29,749 nucleotides of DNA from Opitutales bacterium (GCA_049599475.1 JBMYOQ010000056.1:1-29749), one strand, 5' to 3'. Shown: positions 11,101 to 20,291, counted from the first letter of the stretch. Program-made: numbers and translations. The notes: generated from the sequence alone by a model not told the origin.

Positions 11101-11341
11101 CAACGGCCGCGGTATCCCTGAGAAACATCTCGAGCATATTTTCGACCGATTCTATCGCGTCGAAGAGAACAGTCTCATCGACGGCTCCGGCATCGGACTA
11201 AATCTCACCAAAAAGATCATTTCAGAACTCGACGGCACGGTCCAAGTAACCAGCCCTACAAGCACCGATCCAGATCGTCCAGGCACCCGCATTTTCGTAG
11301 AAATCCCAATACAAATCGAACCAGCCCTCATCCCTTCATGA
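8174..11341 (+). CDS. Membrane sensor histidine kinase with periplasmic beta-propeller and Y_Y_Y domains (HTCS-type sensor half)
   Basis: Signal peptide; repeated 'D..G.LW' propeller blades; Y_Y_Y-like FSWKLNDGSWS..FLDLPSGEHILEVRARD; one TM helix; H-box NISHELNTPL; N box NFISNAIKY; G1 VEDNGRGI; F box IFDRFYR; G2 GSGIGL. Start taken as ATG 8174 (the ORF track uses GTG 8159). Confidence 0.93.
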   Translation: MMHTRIPRSPRFLCSLAALFGLLHGLIAQSPYQLRDTDPVLEPWRWDKQIFLDGESLTRMTEAPDGTLWLGGIDRIIRYDGQTIDRYSISADLMPGLPFEIRLPSVKALYVTPQNRVLININNRLFEFADEALHPVFKFPYSAGVSNTFYPANEGWTWLKTERSIWKISPDLKQVNLHFQLPRMARIEASMISSGDFWLYLYEPSGDITFAKAEVFEGKLEPRENWETIPVPTQSPSRHASILASQDGFLYFADSNSNNVIQRYNPETDKWRPVQTPAHSQSHYYLYEDSRGMLWAMGAGEMVRINKTKGRVYYPYQVPLPRKRLSIVETSQNQLWILSGSGKALILDVSDNQWETIPDLHLQAESEDGTRWFTSQDKKVISHQPDSDLWLIHDNLETVIDFSTHLFHTPEDAIWAVGQHQGVPAVSVYYKGSWTRRLFPEFAAHFTDDASAVDADGKIWLGSFLHGANESKAGYLKIELAPDGTIELLNHYKPPAVHAWVSHMEVTRGNTLWLADSQLRTMNIHGQETAWFDEFPQVATRDLEVDAFDNIWIAKGGYGVWQFIKDKWVQHSSIAGLESGAVSNLLPLQNGDMLAASEGGVSRFDGSIWSPHVFHPSIHLSDSSYSGGMKQGRDGSIYFNFNSADWQRRGRDSSGRHTEYSSVRYSPEKTPPETHFNDYLELVSHHGNTHINWGGHDRWNRTDSEQLQFSWKLNDGSWSTFSPANSHTFLDLPSGEHILEVRARDNDFNVDPTPAQITFKVELPPWLQWSTLVPTFAVLILGIHFFGYVIFNRERRLRERNERALERQRHLEEMDQLKAGYVNNISHELNTPLSAILLTIKKLVGREEDPRKHQRLSLIQRNAEHIKNLISQLLLFRQLEQDTLTVKPEPGDLRTVVAEEIESLNSLAEVHQISLHLQEPENLPGQAVFDHDLVRRVIENFISNAIKYNFSGGQVTFTWDLKHRDSKALFSFTVEDNGRGIPEKHLEHIFDRFYRVEENSLIDGSGIGLNLTKKIISELDGTVQVTSPTSTDPDRPGTRIFVEIPIQIEPALIPS

Positions 11342-12141
11342 ACACACTCGAAATACACACAGAACAAGCCCCAAATACACTTCAAGACGAAAAGCCCCTT
11401 ATTCTCATCGTTGAGGACAACGTGGACCTCCTCAGCGCAATTGTAGATGAGTTCGAGGATGATTATCGCGTAGAAAGCGCCGCAAACGGCAGCGAGGGCT
11501 TAAAGAAAGCCAACTCCCTTCTACCAGATCTCATTATCTCCGACGTGATGATGCCTGTCTTGGATGGCTTGTCATTTTGTCGGGAAATAAAAAATACAGA
11601 CCACACCAGCCAAATTCCCGTAATCCTCTTAACGGTAAAATCAAAAGTAGAAAACCAGATCGAGGGCCTTGACCTCGGGGCCGATGACTATATCCCCAAA
11701 CCCTTCGTCCCAGAAATCCTACAGGCGCGCGTCCGCAACCTGATTGCCTCAAGACGACGCATGCAAGAGCAGCAAGAGATCAAAAGTAAGCTCTCTCACG
11801 AATCGGCCCCAACCGACGACAGTTTCGTAAAAAAACTGGTCGAATGTATCACCGCGAACTACTCCGATAGCCGCTTCGACGCAGACAAACTCGCCAGTCT
11901 TTTCAATCTCAGCATCCGAGGCCTCCAGCGTAAGATGAAGGCCAAAGCAAACACATCCCCGGCCCTCATGATTCGCGACATCCGCATGACACGCGCTGCA
12001 GAGCTGTTAATACACACCGAAAAATCCATGACGGAGATCGCCTTTGAAGTCGGTATAGAAGACTCCAGCCACTTCGCACGCACTTTTCGGGACAAGATGG
12101 ACATGAGCCCGAGCGCCTATAGGCAAAAATTTCGCAAGTAG
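11338..12141 (+). CDS. Response regulator, REC + AraC-type HTH
   Basis: ILIVEDN, IISDVMMP (phospho-Asp), ADDYIPKPF; C-terminal AraC signature SMTEIAFEVGIEDSSHFARTFRDKMDMSPSAYR; ATGA overlap with the kinase stop. Confidence 0.95.
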   Translation: MNTLEIHTEQAPNTLQDEKPLILIVEDNVDLLSAIVDEFEDDYRVESAANGSEGLKKANSLLPDLIISDVMMPVLDGLSFCREIKNTDHTSQIPVILLTVKSKVENQIEGLDLGADDYIPKPFVPEILQARVRNLIASRRRMQEQQEIKSKLSHESAPTDDSFVKKLVECITANYSDSRFDADKLASLFNLSIRGLQRKMKAKANTSPALMIRDIRMTRAAELLIHTEKSMTEIAFEVGIEDSSHFARTFRDKMDMSPSAYRQKFRK

Positions 12142-12207
12142 TCTACATCGCCTGAAGTTAGAGGAAAAGACGTTTGAGAAACCGTTCTGATCCCTAGAGC
12201 TGTCTTC

Positions 12208-12246
12208 AAAAAAAGCCTCGATCCACATTTAGCAGATCGAGGCTTT
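12208..12246 (-). terminator. Intrinsic terminator between convergent genes (probably bidirectional)
   Basis: Perfect 12-bp stem AAAGCCTCGATC (12212-12223) / GATCGAGGCTTT (12235-12246) with an 11-nt loop. The A-run at 12208-12214 gives a U-tract for the minus-strand transcript. Confidence 0.8.
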
Positions 12247-12270
12247 GTCATTAAGTTAATGGCTTACCGC

Positions 12271-14530
12271 TTATTGCAAGGGATCCAGTGGATTTGGATC
12301 TTCTCCGTCCAGGTAGCCGTCGTTGTCATCGTCGGAATCCGTGTAGTCTGGGGTACCGTCCGAATCTGTATCGGTGCTGGGGTCTTCGACCTTCACCACC
12401 TGCAGCTCATCAAGCTGAACGGTAAGCCCGGCGCTCTTAGAGCGGAACTTGAAGTCCTTGAGGAGCGAATAGGCATCCGTGCTCGATGCATAATCTATAC
12501 TGAAGTAATACCAGTCACCTGTACCAGGATAGTCGATATTTACAGTTTCCGTAACATTAGATCCAGACGCCCGCTTGAATTTGGTAATCAACTGGAACTC
12601 ACCACTCGCGTAGGGCTGACTAAACTTCACCCAGCCACTGACATTCACCGCGGGACGTGCACCGCCCAGCGACTTGATTATGCCACCTGTTAGCGTCGCC
12701 TTGGACCCGTCCGCATTGGTGAATGCAATGGAGTAGCTGCCCGCAAAGGCATCTGTGCTGTAGCTGAAGCTTGAACCCGTTCCCCCATTAAAGGTCCAGT
12801 TATCTGCAGTCTCACCTCCAGGGTTGCGCAGATGGTTCTGGAAGGTGCCCACTGAGAAATACAGTGAATCCGGGTATGGGTCACTATTGTCACCCCAACC
12901 GTCATCATCGGTGTCAACTGTTTCGAATGCGTTGTAGTCGAGTGCATCATTTGTATTGTCAACACCATCACCATCGATGTCGGAGTCATTGGCATCCGAG
13001 ATACCATCGCCGTCATAATCGGCACCCACATCTGGGACGAGTGGATTCGGATCGTCGACATCGGGGATACCGTCGCCATCGTCGTCTGTATCGGCATTAT
13101 TACCGATGCCATCTCCGTCAGTATCCACTGATTCTGTAGAATCGAGCGGGAATGCGTCCTCAGCGTCGAGCACACCATCACCGTCGTCATCCGTATCAGT
13201 ATTGTTACCCACTCCATCTCCATCGGTGTCTACGGATTCTGAGGCGTCTAGGGGAAAGGCATCCGCGCCGTCCCAAACACCGTCATTATCATCATCCACA
13301 TCGGCGTTGTTGCCGATACCGTCGCCATCACTATCTACCGACTCGGTAGCATCGTAAGGGAAGGCATCACTGGAATTGACGACGCCATCACCATCAATGT
13401 CTCCATTCGGATCGATTTGCAGGGATGCATCTAGGGGATAGGCGTCCTCGCCGTCGAGGTAGCCATCGCCGTCATCGTCGGGATCACGAGCATTCGGGAT
13501 ACCATCGCCATCCGTGTCCGTGGTAATATCTTCGACTACCGCGAATGAGATGCCATCTAGGTAGACTGTTGTCTTCGTGCTACTGCGGAACGAGATATAG
13601 CTCAGTGACGTAAACGTAGATTCTTTTTCAAAGCTGAATCGCTGCCATTCAATGCCACCAGGATAGATCAAATTGGCATCATTACGGAGGTCGTCACCGT
13701 TGGTTATGGCGAAGATCTCCACATCGTTTTTGGTCATCTTCTCTGACATTTTAAACCATCCACTTACCTTGAACATGGCTCCAGCAGGGCTTACAGCCTG
13801 ACTGCCAAAATCGGACCTCAAATCAACGCGTTGCCCATCGCCACTGGTGATTAAGAAGCTCTGGCTACCTACTTTGGCGTCTGCGTCCGTTACTGAGATC
13901 GTTCCTTGGCTGCTCTTGCCGCCAAGTTTCCAATGTGTGATCGGGTCGATGCCATCGGTTTTGTCGCTATCTGAAGTGCCAGCAGGATCGAGTTCGGCCC
14001 CGGGGTTCAGGTTTGCGATAATGTTCGGTTCTAGCGCGAAGTTGGCTGCGAGTGGGTGCAGATCCGTATTGTCACCGTAACCATCACCATCACTGTCGAC
14101 CGTTTCAAGTGGATTGTAGACCAGTGCATCGGCATTGTTGCCCACTCCATCATTGTCGTAGTCGAACCACTCGAATGGGTCCGCGTCGAACTGATCGGCA
14201 TTATCGCCCACGCCATCCCCGTCAGAATCCACGAATTCATTCGGATCAAGCGGGAGGTCGTCGGCAGCGTTTAGAGCGCCGTCGCCATCGATATCGGGAT
14301 CAGAGTTGTCTCCAATACCATCTCCGTCGATATCGCTCCACTCGTTGGGATCGCTCGGGAATGAGTCTTCACCATCAGCAATCCAGTCACCATCTGCATC
14401 CGGAATACTGGCGTCGCTCGGAGCAGGATCCCTGTTGTCGCCAAATCCGTCGCCATCTGCATCCGCGCTTTCATTTCCATCGATCGGGAATGCGTCGTTT
14501 ACATCAATGATCGTATCGCCGTCAAGGTCG
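12271..14530 (-). repeat. TSP3-like Ca2+-binding Asp-rich repeat blocks interleaved with two CBM-like domains
   Basis: For example, 35-aa units D(S/T)DGDG(I/V)GNN.D.DDD.DG start at 13335, 13230 and 13125 (105-nt period). Blocks lie at about 14060-14530, 12870-13525 and 12271-12375. Confidence 0.85.
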
Positions 14531-17500
14531 GCCAAGGTTTGGTCTGGTGTAGGATAAGCAGACTCTAAGTAGAATGCTTCAGCAGCGGGATCGGTGAAGG
14601 CGCGTTCGAGGATCTGCAAATCATCCACAAAGCCGTGGAATCCCCCAGTGCGACTAAAGGCCCCAGCGCTCCAACCGATGCGCGCAAGGCCATTGCTTAG
14701 GTCCTCACTAGTATCCAAATCAGCCGAATCGACGCGAACGCCGTCAACATAGAAATAGGCCTTACCGTGACCGAAGTTGTAAGAGAGGTTAAACTGAGTC
14801 CATTGACCAGCAACGAGGTTCCCGCCAGTGAGCTCAACAGCGGATCCGGCGCTTGTGCGCAGGGATGCAACGAGACTGCCGTTCTCAATTGCGATTTGAT
14901 AGCCCGCATTGCTGTCTCCCCATTCATAGACGACGCCCGCTGCGGTATCCATTGGACGAATATTCGCGATTAAGGCGAAGGTCTTGTAGGAGATTGAGAA
15001 TGGATGCGGGAAATCCAGCGCATCATCCACACCATCGAAGTAAGCAATAGTGTTGCCATCAATTTCTTGGTACATTTCTGGCGCATTCGCCGCTGCGGGC
15101 CATGCAGCAGGAAGGTCTTGGCGATATTTCAGTGGGTATCCCGCTAAGTCGAAATCGAAGTCCACCGCAGCCTTGTTTGGCTCTTGAAGGAAACTTTTAA
15201 ATGCATCCAAACCATCGATACGCATTCTTACGACATTGAACGAATTCGGCATATCATCGAAACGGCTGAGTGTCTCGTAATTTCGAGGGAGCAAGAAGCC
15301 TCCCATTGCAGTGCCGCCATTGGGATAATTCTCCGGGTCACCGGGTAGAAAGGGAACACCTAGGATGTAATTGTCCGCTTCTTGCTGGAAGATGTCATTG
15401 ATCTCCGAGTTCGTTTTATGGAAGTAGGCAACGGGTATGGCATTGCTATCAAGAATCGGAGTTGCAAGGCCTTCGCCATAATAAGGCGCAGTGTCGGCCC
15501 ATGGGTTCCCGGCGTAGGGATCAAAAATCGTATTCACACTCCATTTAGTTCGATCGGTAAGCGTATAGAATTCTCCATCACTTGCGACCCAACCTTCTTT
15601 CAAATTATTCGGATCCAGGGTCCCCTCAGCAACACTACCAAACGGGGTGTAATCGTAATCCGCTTCTTGTTTCAAGAACAGCTGGTAACTCTCACCATTC
15701 GCTTCGTAGACAGTGAAACGGTTGGGAAGAAAGTTATCACGGTAATGGGACTGAGTGCCGGTCGGCACGTGTGGCCTGCTAGCTGCATGTAGGAAATAAT
15801 TATAGGGCCCCGCAGACAGGTTTTCGTCGGTGTTCAACTGGTATTTCTGTGCCTTGGTGGCTTCGTCGTCACCATTGATGTCAACCATCCAATCGATAAC
15901 TCCGTGACCATTGCTATCAGTATTACTGGCATCCATATTCAAGACTCCGCGTTGATAAAGCCGACGATCGCCGAGGTTTTTCCAAGCCTCATATTTTGCG
16001 GTCTCGGAAAGCGTTCCAAAAGTCGGGTTTACAATATCAACCGTCAAGGGGCGGTGCCCACGGACAAATGGGTAGTGCAGATTGATGTAGTTGTTAAAGT
16101 ACCCGTCTTCGATAAGCGTATATTGAAAGGCACCTGGCGCACCTTCTAGGTTTGGATCATTTTGCAAGGCACCATTACCGCCTCGGGGAATTTGCACACC
16201 TACCGCGAAGCCTTCAACGTGTGGACGTATGAACCAGTTATTACCCGAGCCATGGTGCGCATAATTAGCGAGACCGTCCGGTGTATCCAAATTCCCGATC
16301 AAAGTAGCGTCGATATAATGAGCATCGTCAGAATAATTGATCGAGAAACCAGCGACCACAGACCAACCGACGAAGCCCTTGAGCTCTGAAGGTTTGCGCG
16401 GACGGTGAGACGCTACCGTGAGGGCTGTTCCCGAGCCATAAGCTGTATTATCTTCAAAGATGTATGCTGCTGTAGCATTCACAGAAATCGTATCCTGTCC
16501 GGGCCCCATAACATCCTGCATGTGCGGCACAAGCGCCCGGGGAAATTCGTTATGCAAAATATGCAATGCAAGCGGATCCGGATACACTGAAAAGGCTTCC
16601 CGATGAGCTCCAGATGCGACATTGCGCTGCGCAGTGATATTAATCCCCTGAAACCAGAAGCCGTGCCCCGAGTGACCGAATTCAGTATTGGGGCTATCGC
16701 CGCTCTTACGGCTCTGCAGCTTTTCATCGTTGTGCCACCGCGCGGCATCATTCTTGATCGAGATGTTTTCCACAAAAGAGCCGAGCTCATCCCCAGCTTC
16801 AGTAACAAAGGACGCGGCTTTAATATCATAGGCAACGTTGTGCGTAAAATCGACGTGACTGCTATGATTGACGAAGCCCCAGCCAGGAGAGCTCTCAGCC
16901 ACACAGCCATACACATTGCTGGTTCCCACAAAACCACCGTGGTGGAAATGCAGAGAATAGCGCCCTCTCTGATTGGTGCCGATCACCAAGGTGCCGTTTG
17001 TCGAATCTTCGGTATAGTTACCATCTGCATCGACATAATAAGTGTCGCGGGCCCGATTCATTTTGTTACTGCGACCTAACTCATAGAAGCCTGCATATTG
17101 AATTCTCGCAGCGTTATTATGCATGATCATGACGTGCCCATGACCACTATAGTCTCTGTATCTCGGATTGTCCGTAGCGTCGTAGCCCTCGGGTTTTGGG
17201 GCCGGATCCGAAGCTCCGGTTTTCACGTAGACGTTACGGCTCAAATTGATCACGTGGACCTTCAGGACCAGGCCTGCCTTGGTATGCGCGATGGTGTGGT
17301 GATCCATAGCCAATGGAGAATCGAGTGTAATGGTATTTCCATTAATTCCTGTTATGGTGCGCCACTCATCTCCTTCCGCGTCGCGTGTGGTTCCGGCTAT
17401 AGCTATATGATCACCAACGTCCCACCCAGTGGGCGCGAAATCAAGCTCGAGCGTGGCATCTCCAATGGACGGTTCGACTGCGAGTGTGCCGCCATGGACC

Positions 17501-18147
17501 TTCGCAGCGCCGTGCATCTCTACCGCTCCCATTGATATAAGGCCCTGCCCTACTTGCGTGGGATCGTAATCCAAAGGCTCGGTGCCATCCGCATTGAGGT
17601 AGGCATTGATACCGCCATTGTAGTCTTCGATGACAATTCTTGCGGTGGTTCCTGCGGGAACAGGATCCTGCGCTGTCCCCATAGTCAAAGAGCCCATTGA
17701 AGTGACGATGATTGTATCCGCAATGAGCGTTGTATCTACGTCTGTCGCAAATGTAAGATGACCGTCGGAGCGCACGGTCATTAAATTTTCTGGAATTTCG
17801 CCATCCACAGTCACGGTATGCCCCATGGCAATGCGCACACGAGCTCCGGAAGCAGGGACGCCATTATCCCAAGTGGCCGGATCCGACCACGCACCACTCT
17901 GAACAGAAGATACTGTCACGAGTGCGGGATCCACGAGGTCCATAACATAGGACATGTGGTTCGAATGCTCACCGCCCATATCCATACTTGCCAACGCGCT
18001 AGAGGTCGACAACAGAAGAGCGCACGAAGCCGAAACGTATTTTTTGAGCAAGCGTTTCGGCGCTTTAAAACATATATTTCTATTGAATAATGGCAAGCAG
18101 ACCAACGATGGATCGAGCCTACACAGAGACAGGGTGTCTAGTTTCAT
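12271..18147 (-). CDS. Secreted G8-domain / parallel beta-helix protein with LamG-like, thrombospondin type-3 repeat and two CBM-like domains
   Basis: Signal-like KKYVSASCALLLSTSSALA; G8 start SVQSGAWSDPATW..GVP; RGRYSLHFHH and GHGFWF motifs as in PKHD1/CEMIP-type proteins; LamG-like AYFDGVDD...FHGFVDDLQI; many DxDGDG..D.FP.D repeats; two NPG.E-initiated CBM4/9-like domains. The exact start is uncertain. Confidence 0.85.
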   Translation of the reverse strand: MKLDTLSLCRLDPSLVCLPLFNRNICFKAPKRLLKKYVSASCALLLSTSSALASMDMGGEHSNHMSYVMDLVDPALVTVSSVQSGAWSDPATWDNGVPASGARVRIAMGHTVTVDGEIPENLMTVRSDGHLTFATDVDTTLIADTIIVTSMGSLTMGTAQDPVPAGTTARIVIEDYNGGINAYLNADGTEPLDYDPTQVGQGLISMGAVEMHGAAKVHGGTLAVEPSIGDATLELDFAPTGWDVGDHIAIAGTTRDAEGDEWRTITGINGNTITLDSPLAMDHHTIAHTKAGLVLKVHVINLSRNVYVKTGASDPAPKPEGYDATDNPRYRDYSGHGHVMIMHNNAARIQYAGFYELGRSNKMNRARDTYYVDADGNYTEDSTNGTLVIGTNQRGRYSLHFHHGGFVGTSNVYGCVAESSPGWGFVNHSSHVDFTHNVAYDIKAASFVTEAGDELGSFVENISIKNDAARWHNDEKLQSRKSGDSPNTEFGHSGHGFWFQGINITAQRNVASGAHREAFSVYPDPLALHILHNEFPRALVPHMQDVMGPGQDTISVNATAAYIFEDNTAYGSGTALTVASHRPRKPSELKGFVGWSVVAGFSINYSDDAHYIDATLIGNLDTPDGLANYAHHGSGNNWFIRPHVEGFAVGVQIPRGGNGALQNDPNLEGAPGAFQYTLIEDGYFNNYINLHYPFVRGHRPLTVDIVNPTFGTLSETAKYEAWKNLGDRRLYQRGVLNMDASNTDSNGHGVIDWMVDINGDDEATKAQKYQLNTDENLSAGPYNYFLHAASRPHVPTGTQSHYRDNFLPNRFTVYEANGESYQLFLKQEADYDYTPFGSVAEGTLDPNNLKEGWVASDGEFYTLTDRTKWSVNTIFDPYAGNPWADTAPYYGEGLATPILDSNAIPVAYFHKTNSEINDIFQQEADNYILGVPFLPGDPENYPNGGTAMGGFLLPRNYETLSRFDDMPNSFNVVRMRIDGLDAFKSFLQEPNKAAVDFDFDLAGYPLKYRQDLPAAWPAAANAPEMYQEIDGNTIAYFDGVDDALDFPHPFSISYKTFALIANIRPMDTAAGVVYEWGDSNAGYQIAIENGSLVASLRTSAGSAVELTGGNLVAGQWTQFNLSYNFGHGKAYFYVDGVRVDSADLDTSEDLSNGLARIGWSAGAFSRTGGFHGFVDDLQILERAFTDPAAEAFYLESAYPTPDQTLADLDGDTIIDVNDAFPIDGNESADADGDGFGDNRDPAPSDASIPDADGDWIADGEDSFPSDPNEWSDIDGDGIGDNSDPDIDGDGALNAADDLPLDPNEFVDSDGDGVGDNADQFDADPFEWFDYDNDGVGNNADALVYNPLETVDSDGDGYGDNTDLHPLAANFALEPNIIANLNPGAELDPAGTSDSDKTDGIDPITHWKLGGKSSQGTISVTDADAKVGSQSFLITSGDGQRVDLRSDFGSQAVSPAGAMFKVSGWFKMSEKMTKNDVEIFAITNGDDLRNDANLIYPGGIEWQRFSFEKESTFTSLSYISFRSSTKTTVYLDGISFAVVEDITTDTDGDGIPNARDPDDDGDGYLDGEDAYPLDASLQIDPNGDIDGDGVVNSSDAFPYDATESVDSDGDGIGNNADVDDDNDGVWDGADAFPLDASESVDTDGDGVGNNTDTDDDGDGVLDAEDAFPLDSTESVDTDGDGIGNNADTDDDGDGIPDVDDPNPLVPDVGADYDGDGISDANDSDIDGDGVDNTNDALDYNAFETVDTDDDGWGDNSDPYPDSLYFSVGTFQNHLRNPGGETADNWTFNGGTGSSFSYSTDAFAGSYSIAFTNADGSKATLTGGIIKSLGGARPAVNVSGWVKFSQPYASGEFQLITKFKRASGSNVTETVNIDYPGTGDWYYFSIDYASSTDAYSLLKDFKFRSKSAGLTVQLDELQVVKVEDPSTDTDSDGTPDYTDSDDDNDGYLDGEDPNPLDPLQ

Positions 18148-18524
18148 CACATTTGGGGTATGGGGTATTGAAGAACTAAAGCACCTGGTAGTACCAAGCC
18201 GGGGGGGGCTAAGTTTTAAAGAACGATTTCAGCGTAAAGCAGAGACCTCACGCTGCCTAAGAAACAAACCTGCACCCTTGTTCAGTCAAACTTTAATATA
18301 GTATGTAAACTTTAATAACCCCTCTAAAAGTAAGCTGATTTACATCTGTAAATAAAAATTTAAAGCCCGCCGTCGAGCGACTTCGTAAGTTGTTTTCGAG
18401 CAGATCAATAGCCCTCATTTTTCTTGTTTTTACAACAAGTCAAAAAAGGGTAAATCGCTACACACGTTAAATACAGAACCGAGACTAGGCGTGTCAGACC
18501 TCTTTCGGAACTGAAATGGTGAGA

Positions 18525-20291
18525 TTACAAATGTTCGATTTCTACAAATGGAGCACTCAATCGCTTGCCATTTTTAAGCAAGAAATCCACAGAGAGCTCC
18601 ATTTTCCCTTCAGGTATTTCCAATTCGAAAATCATAGCATTTTCATCGCCCTGGACTGGGGCCTTTGCCACAAGCTCCCCGTTAATTAAGAGTTCTGCTG
18701 CTTCAGCATTAATGGAGACTCCTGGCTTGGTCCGAAAAGCCTTATCGGCCCCGGGAACATTCTCTCCCGCAGGCAACGTTGCATTGATCCCAGCCCCCGT
18801 AGATTTTGGCCATCGCCTAAGACTTACTCGATAGCGGCCGGCCTGTTCAGCTTCAACATACCAGAAGTCCCCCGGGGCATCTCGATAAAACTTCTTGGGC
18901 GCTCGAATACTCGACTGCTTCCAGGGAACACTCGCACTTATAGAGTCAACCGAACACAACTCAATCATCGGCTCCAATGGATTTCCGATCACAAAATAGA
19001 TGTCTTGATCAAAGGTAGGTTCCAATTCGGCCCACCACTGCTCATAGAAAGCCCTCATACTCTCAACACGTTCCGGAAATTCATTTGAGATGTCATTCTT
19101 TTGGCCTGGGTCCTCGTCAATGTGATACAATTCCGTGCCATTGATTAAGCGCCACCCCTGTGACATCACAGCGGAAGCTCTCCACTTAACAGGGTCTACG
19201 ACCCGTTGACTATCTGAAATTACCATTCGCTCGCGCCATGCCGTTGCACTGACCTGGTCTTTAAGCAATGGAAGTATGGATACACCATCGACCTTATCAG
19301 CGCCTTCGAATTGTAGCCCACACAAGTCTACAAGTGTCGGCAAGAGATCCACTGCGTGCGTGAGTGTGGGAACTTCCTTGCGGTGCATCAGCCCCCCTTT
19401 CGGGTAATAGATAAAGAATGGCACGCGATGGCCTCCGTCGTATTGACTCCCCTTCTTCCCGCGCATATCCGCCTTGAAAGAATACCCACTGTTCGTACCG
19501 TTATCGGTGCTAAAGATAAATATCGTGTTTTCTTCGATACCTGTATTGCGAATATGCTGACGAAGTGCCCCGACATTTGAGTCGATATTCGTAACCATGG
19601 CATAAAAGGTCGAGATTTTGATAGGCTCGTCCGGATACATATCAATGTATTCTTGGGGAGCGTGCAAAGGGCCGTGAGGTGCGTTCGTAGCGATGTAGGC
19701 GAAGAATGGCTGATCCTTCGCTGTCGATTGGTCTATAAAGTTTTTTGCTGCTTCGAAAAATACATCTGTGCAAAATCCCTCAGTTTTCACCGGGACACCA
19801 TTGTGGAAATAAGTGTCGTCGAAATAGGAATTATCCCAAAAATCCGAAGCCTGTCCGACCCCACCGGCCGCGTGCATGAACACTTCCGTGAATCCGCGAT
19901 CTTGGGGTCGATACGGAAACACATCTCCCAAGTGCCATTTCCCAAAGAGCCCGGTAGCGTAGCCGTTTGCCTGGAATACGTCTGCCACGGTGACCTCTTC
20001 CCGCCGCAGAGTCGAACGCCCGCGAATGGTGTGCCACACGCCAGTGCGATTCGCCCAGCGCCCTGTCATGATCGAGGCCCGGCTCGGCGAGCAGGTCGGA
20101 GAGACATGATAATCTGTCAAGGAGACGGACTCCCGTGCCAAGGCATCCAGGTGTGGTGTGATCGCTATCGGGTTCCCATGGTGAGCGATATCTCCATACC
20201 CTTGGTCATCCGTTAAAACAAATACGACATTGGGCTTTCCATGCCCAAGGGCTCCTAGAAACAAAGAGGTAATAATTATAAAATATCGCAT
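18525..20291 (-). CDS. Arylsulfatase (formylglycine-dependent S1 sulfatase) with signal peptide and C-terminal extension
   Basis: KPNVVFVLTDDQGYGD; catalytic CSPSR (20093-20079) followed by ASIMTGR; GKWHLG; NAPHGP; STDNG; KGSQYDGGHRVP. Probable start MRYFIIITSLFLGALG at 20291 (the ORF track extends to 20342). Confidence 0.96.
   Translation of the reverse strand: MRYFIIITSLFLGALGHGKPNVVFVLTDDQGYGDIAHHGNPIAITPHLDALARESVSLTDYHVSPTCSPSRASIMTGRWANRTGVWHTIRGRSTLRREEVTVADVFQANGYATGLFGKWHLGDVFPYRPQDRGFTEVFMHAAGGVGQASDFWDNSYFDDTYFHNGVPVKTEGFCTDVFFEAAKNFIDQSTAKDQPFFAYIATNAPHGPLHAPQEYIDMYPDEPIKISTFYAMVTNIDSNVGALRQHIRNTGIEENTIFIFSTDNGTNSGYSFKADMRGKKGSQYDGGHRVPFFIYYPKGGLMHRKEVPTLTHAVDLLPTLVDLCGLQFEGADKVDGVSILPLLKDQVSATAWRERMVISDSQRVVDPVKWRASAVMSQGWRLINGTELYHIDEDPGQKNDISNEFPERVESMRAFYEQWWAELEPTFDQDIYFVIGNPLEPMIELCSVDSISASVPWKQSSIRAPKKFYRDAPGDFWYVEAEQAGRYRVSLRRWPKSTGAGINATLPAGENVPGADKAFRTKPGVSINAEAAELLINGELVAKAPVQGDENAMIFELEIPEGKMELSVDFLLKNGKRLSAPFVEIEHL

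Noticed and set aside
12690..14557. His/Arg-rich, Met/Thr-rich and Ser/Pro-rich ORFs in other frames
   Set aside because: Frame artefacts of the Asp-Gly TSP3 repeat codons.
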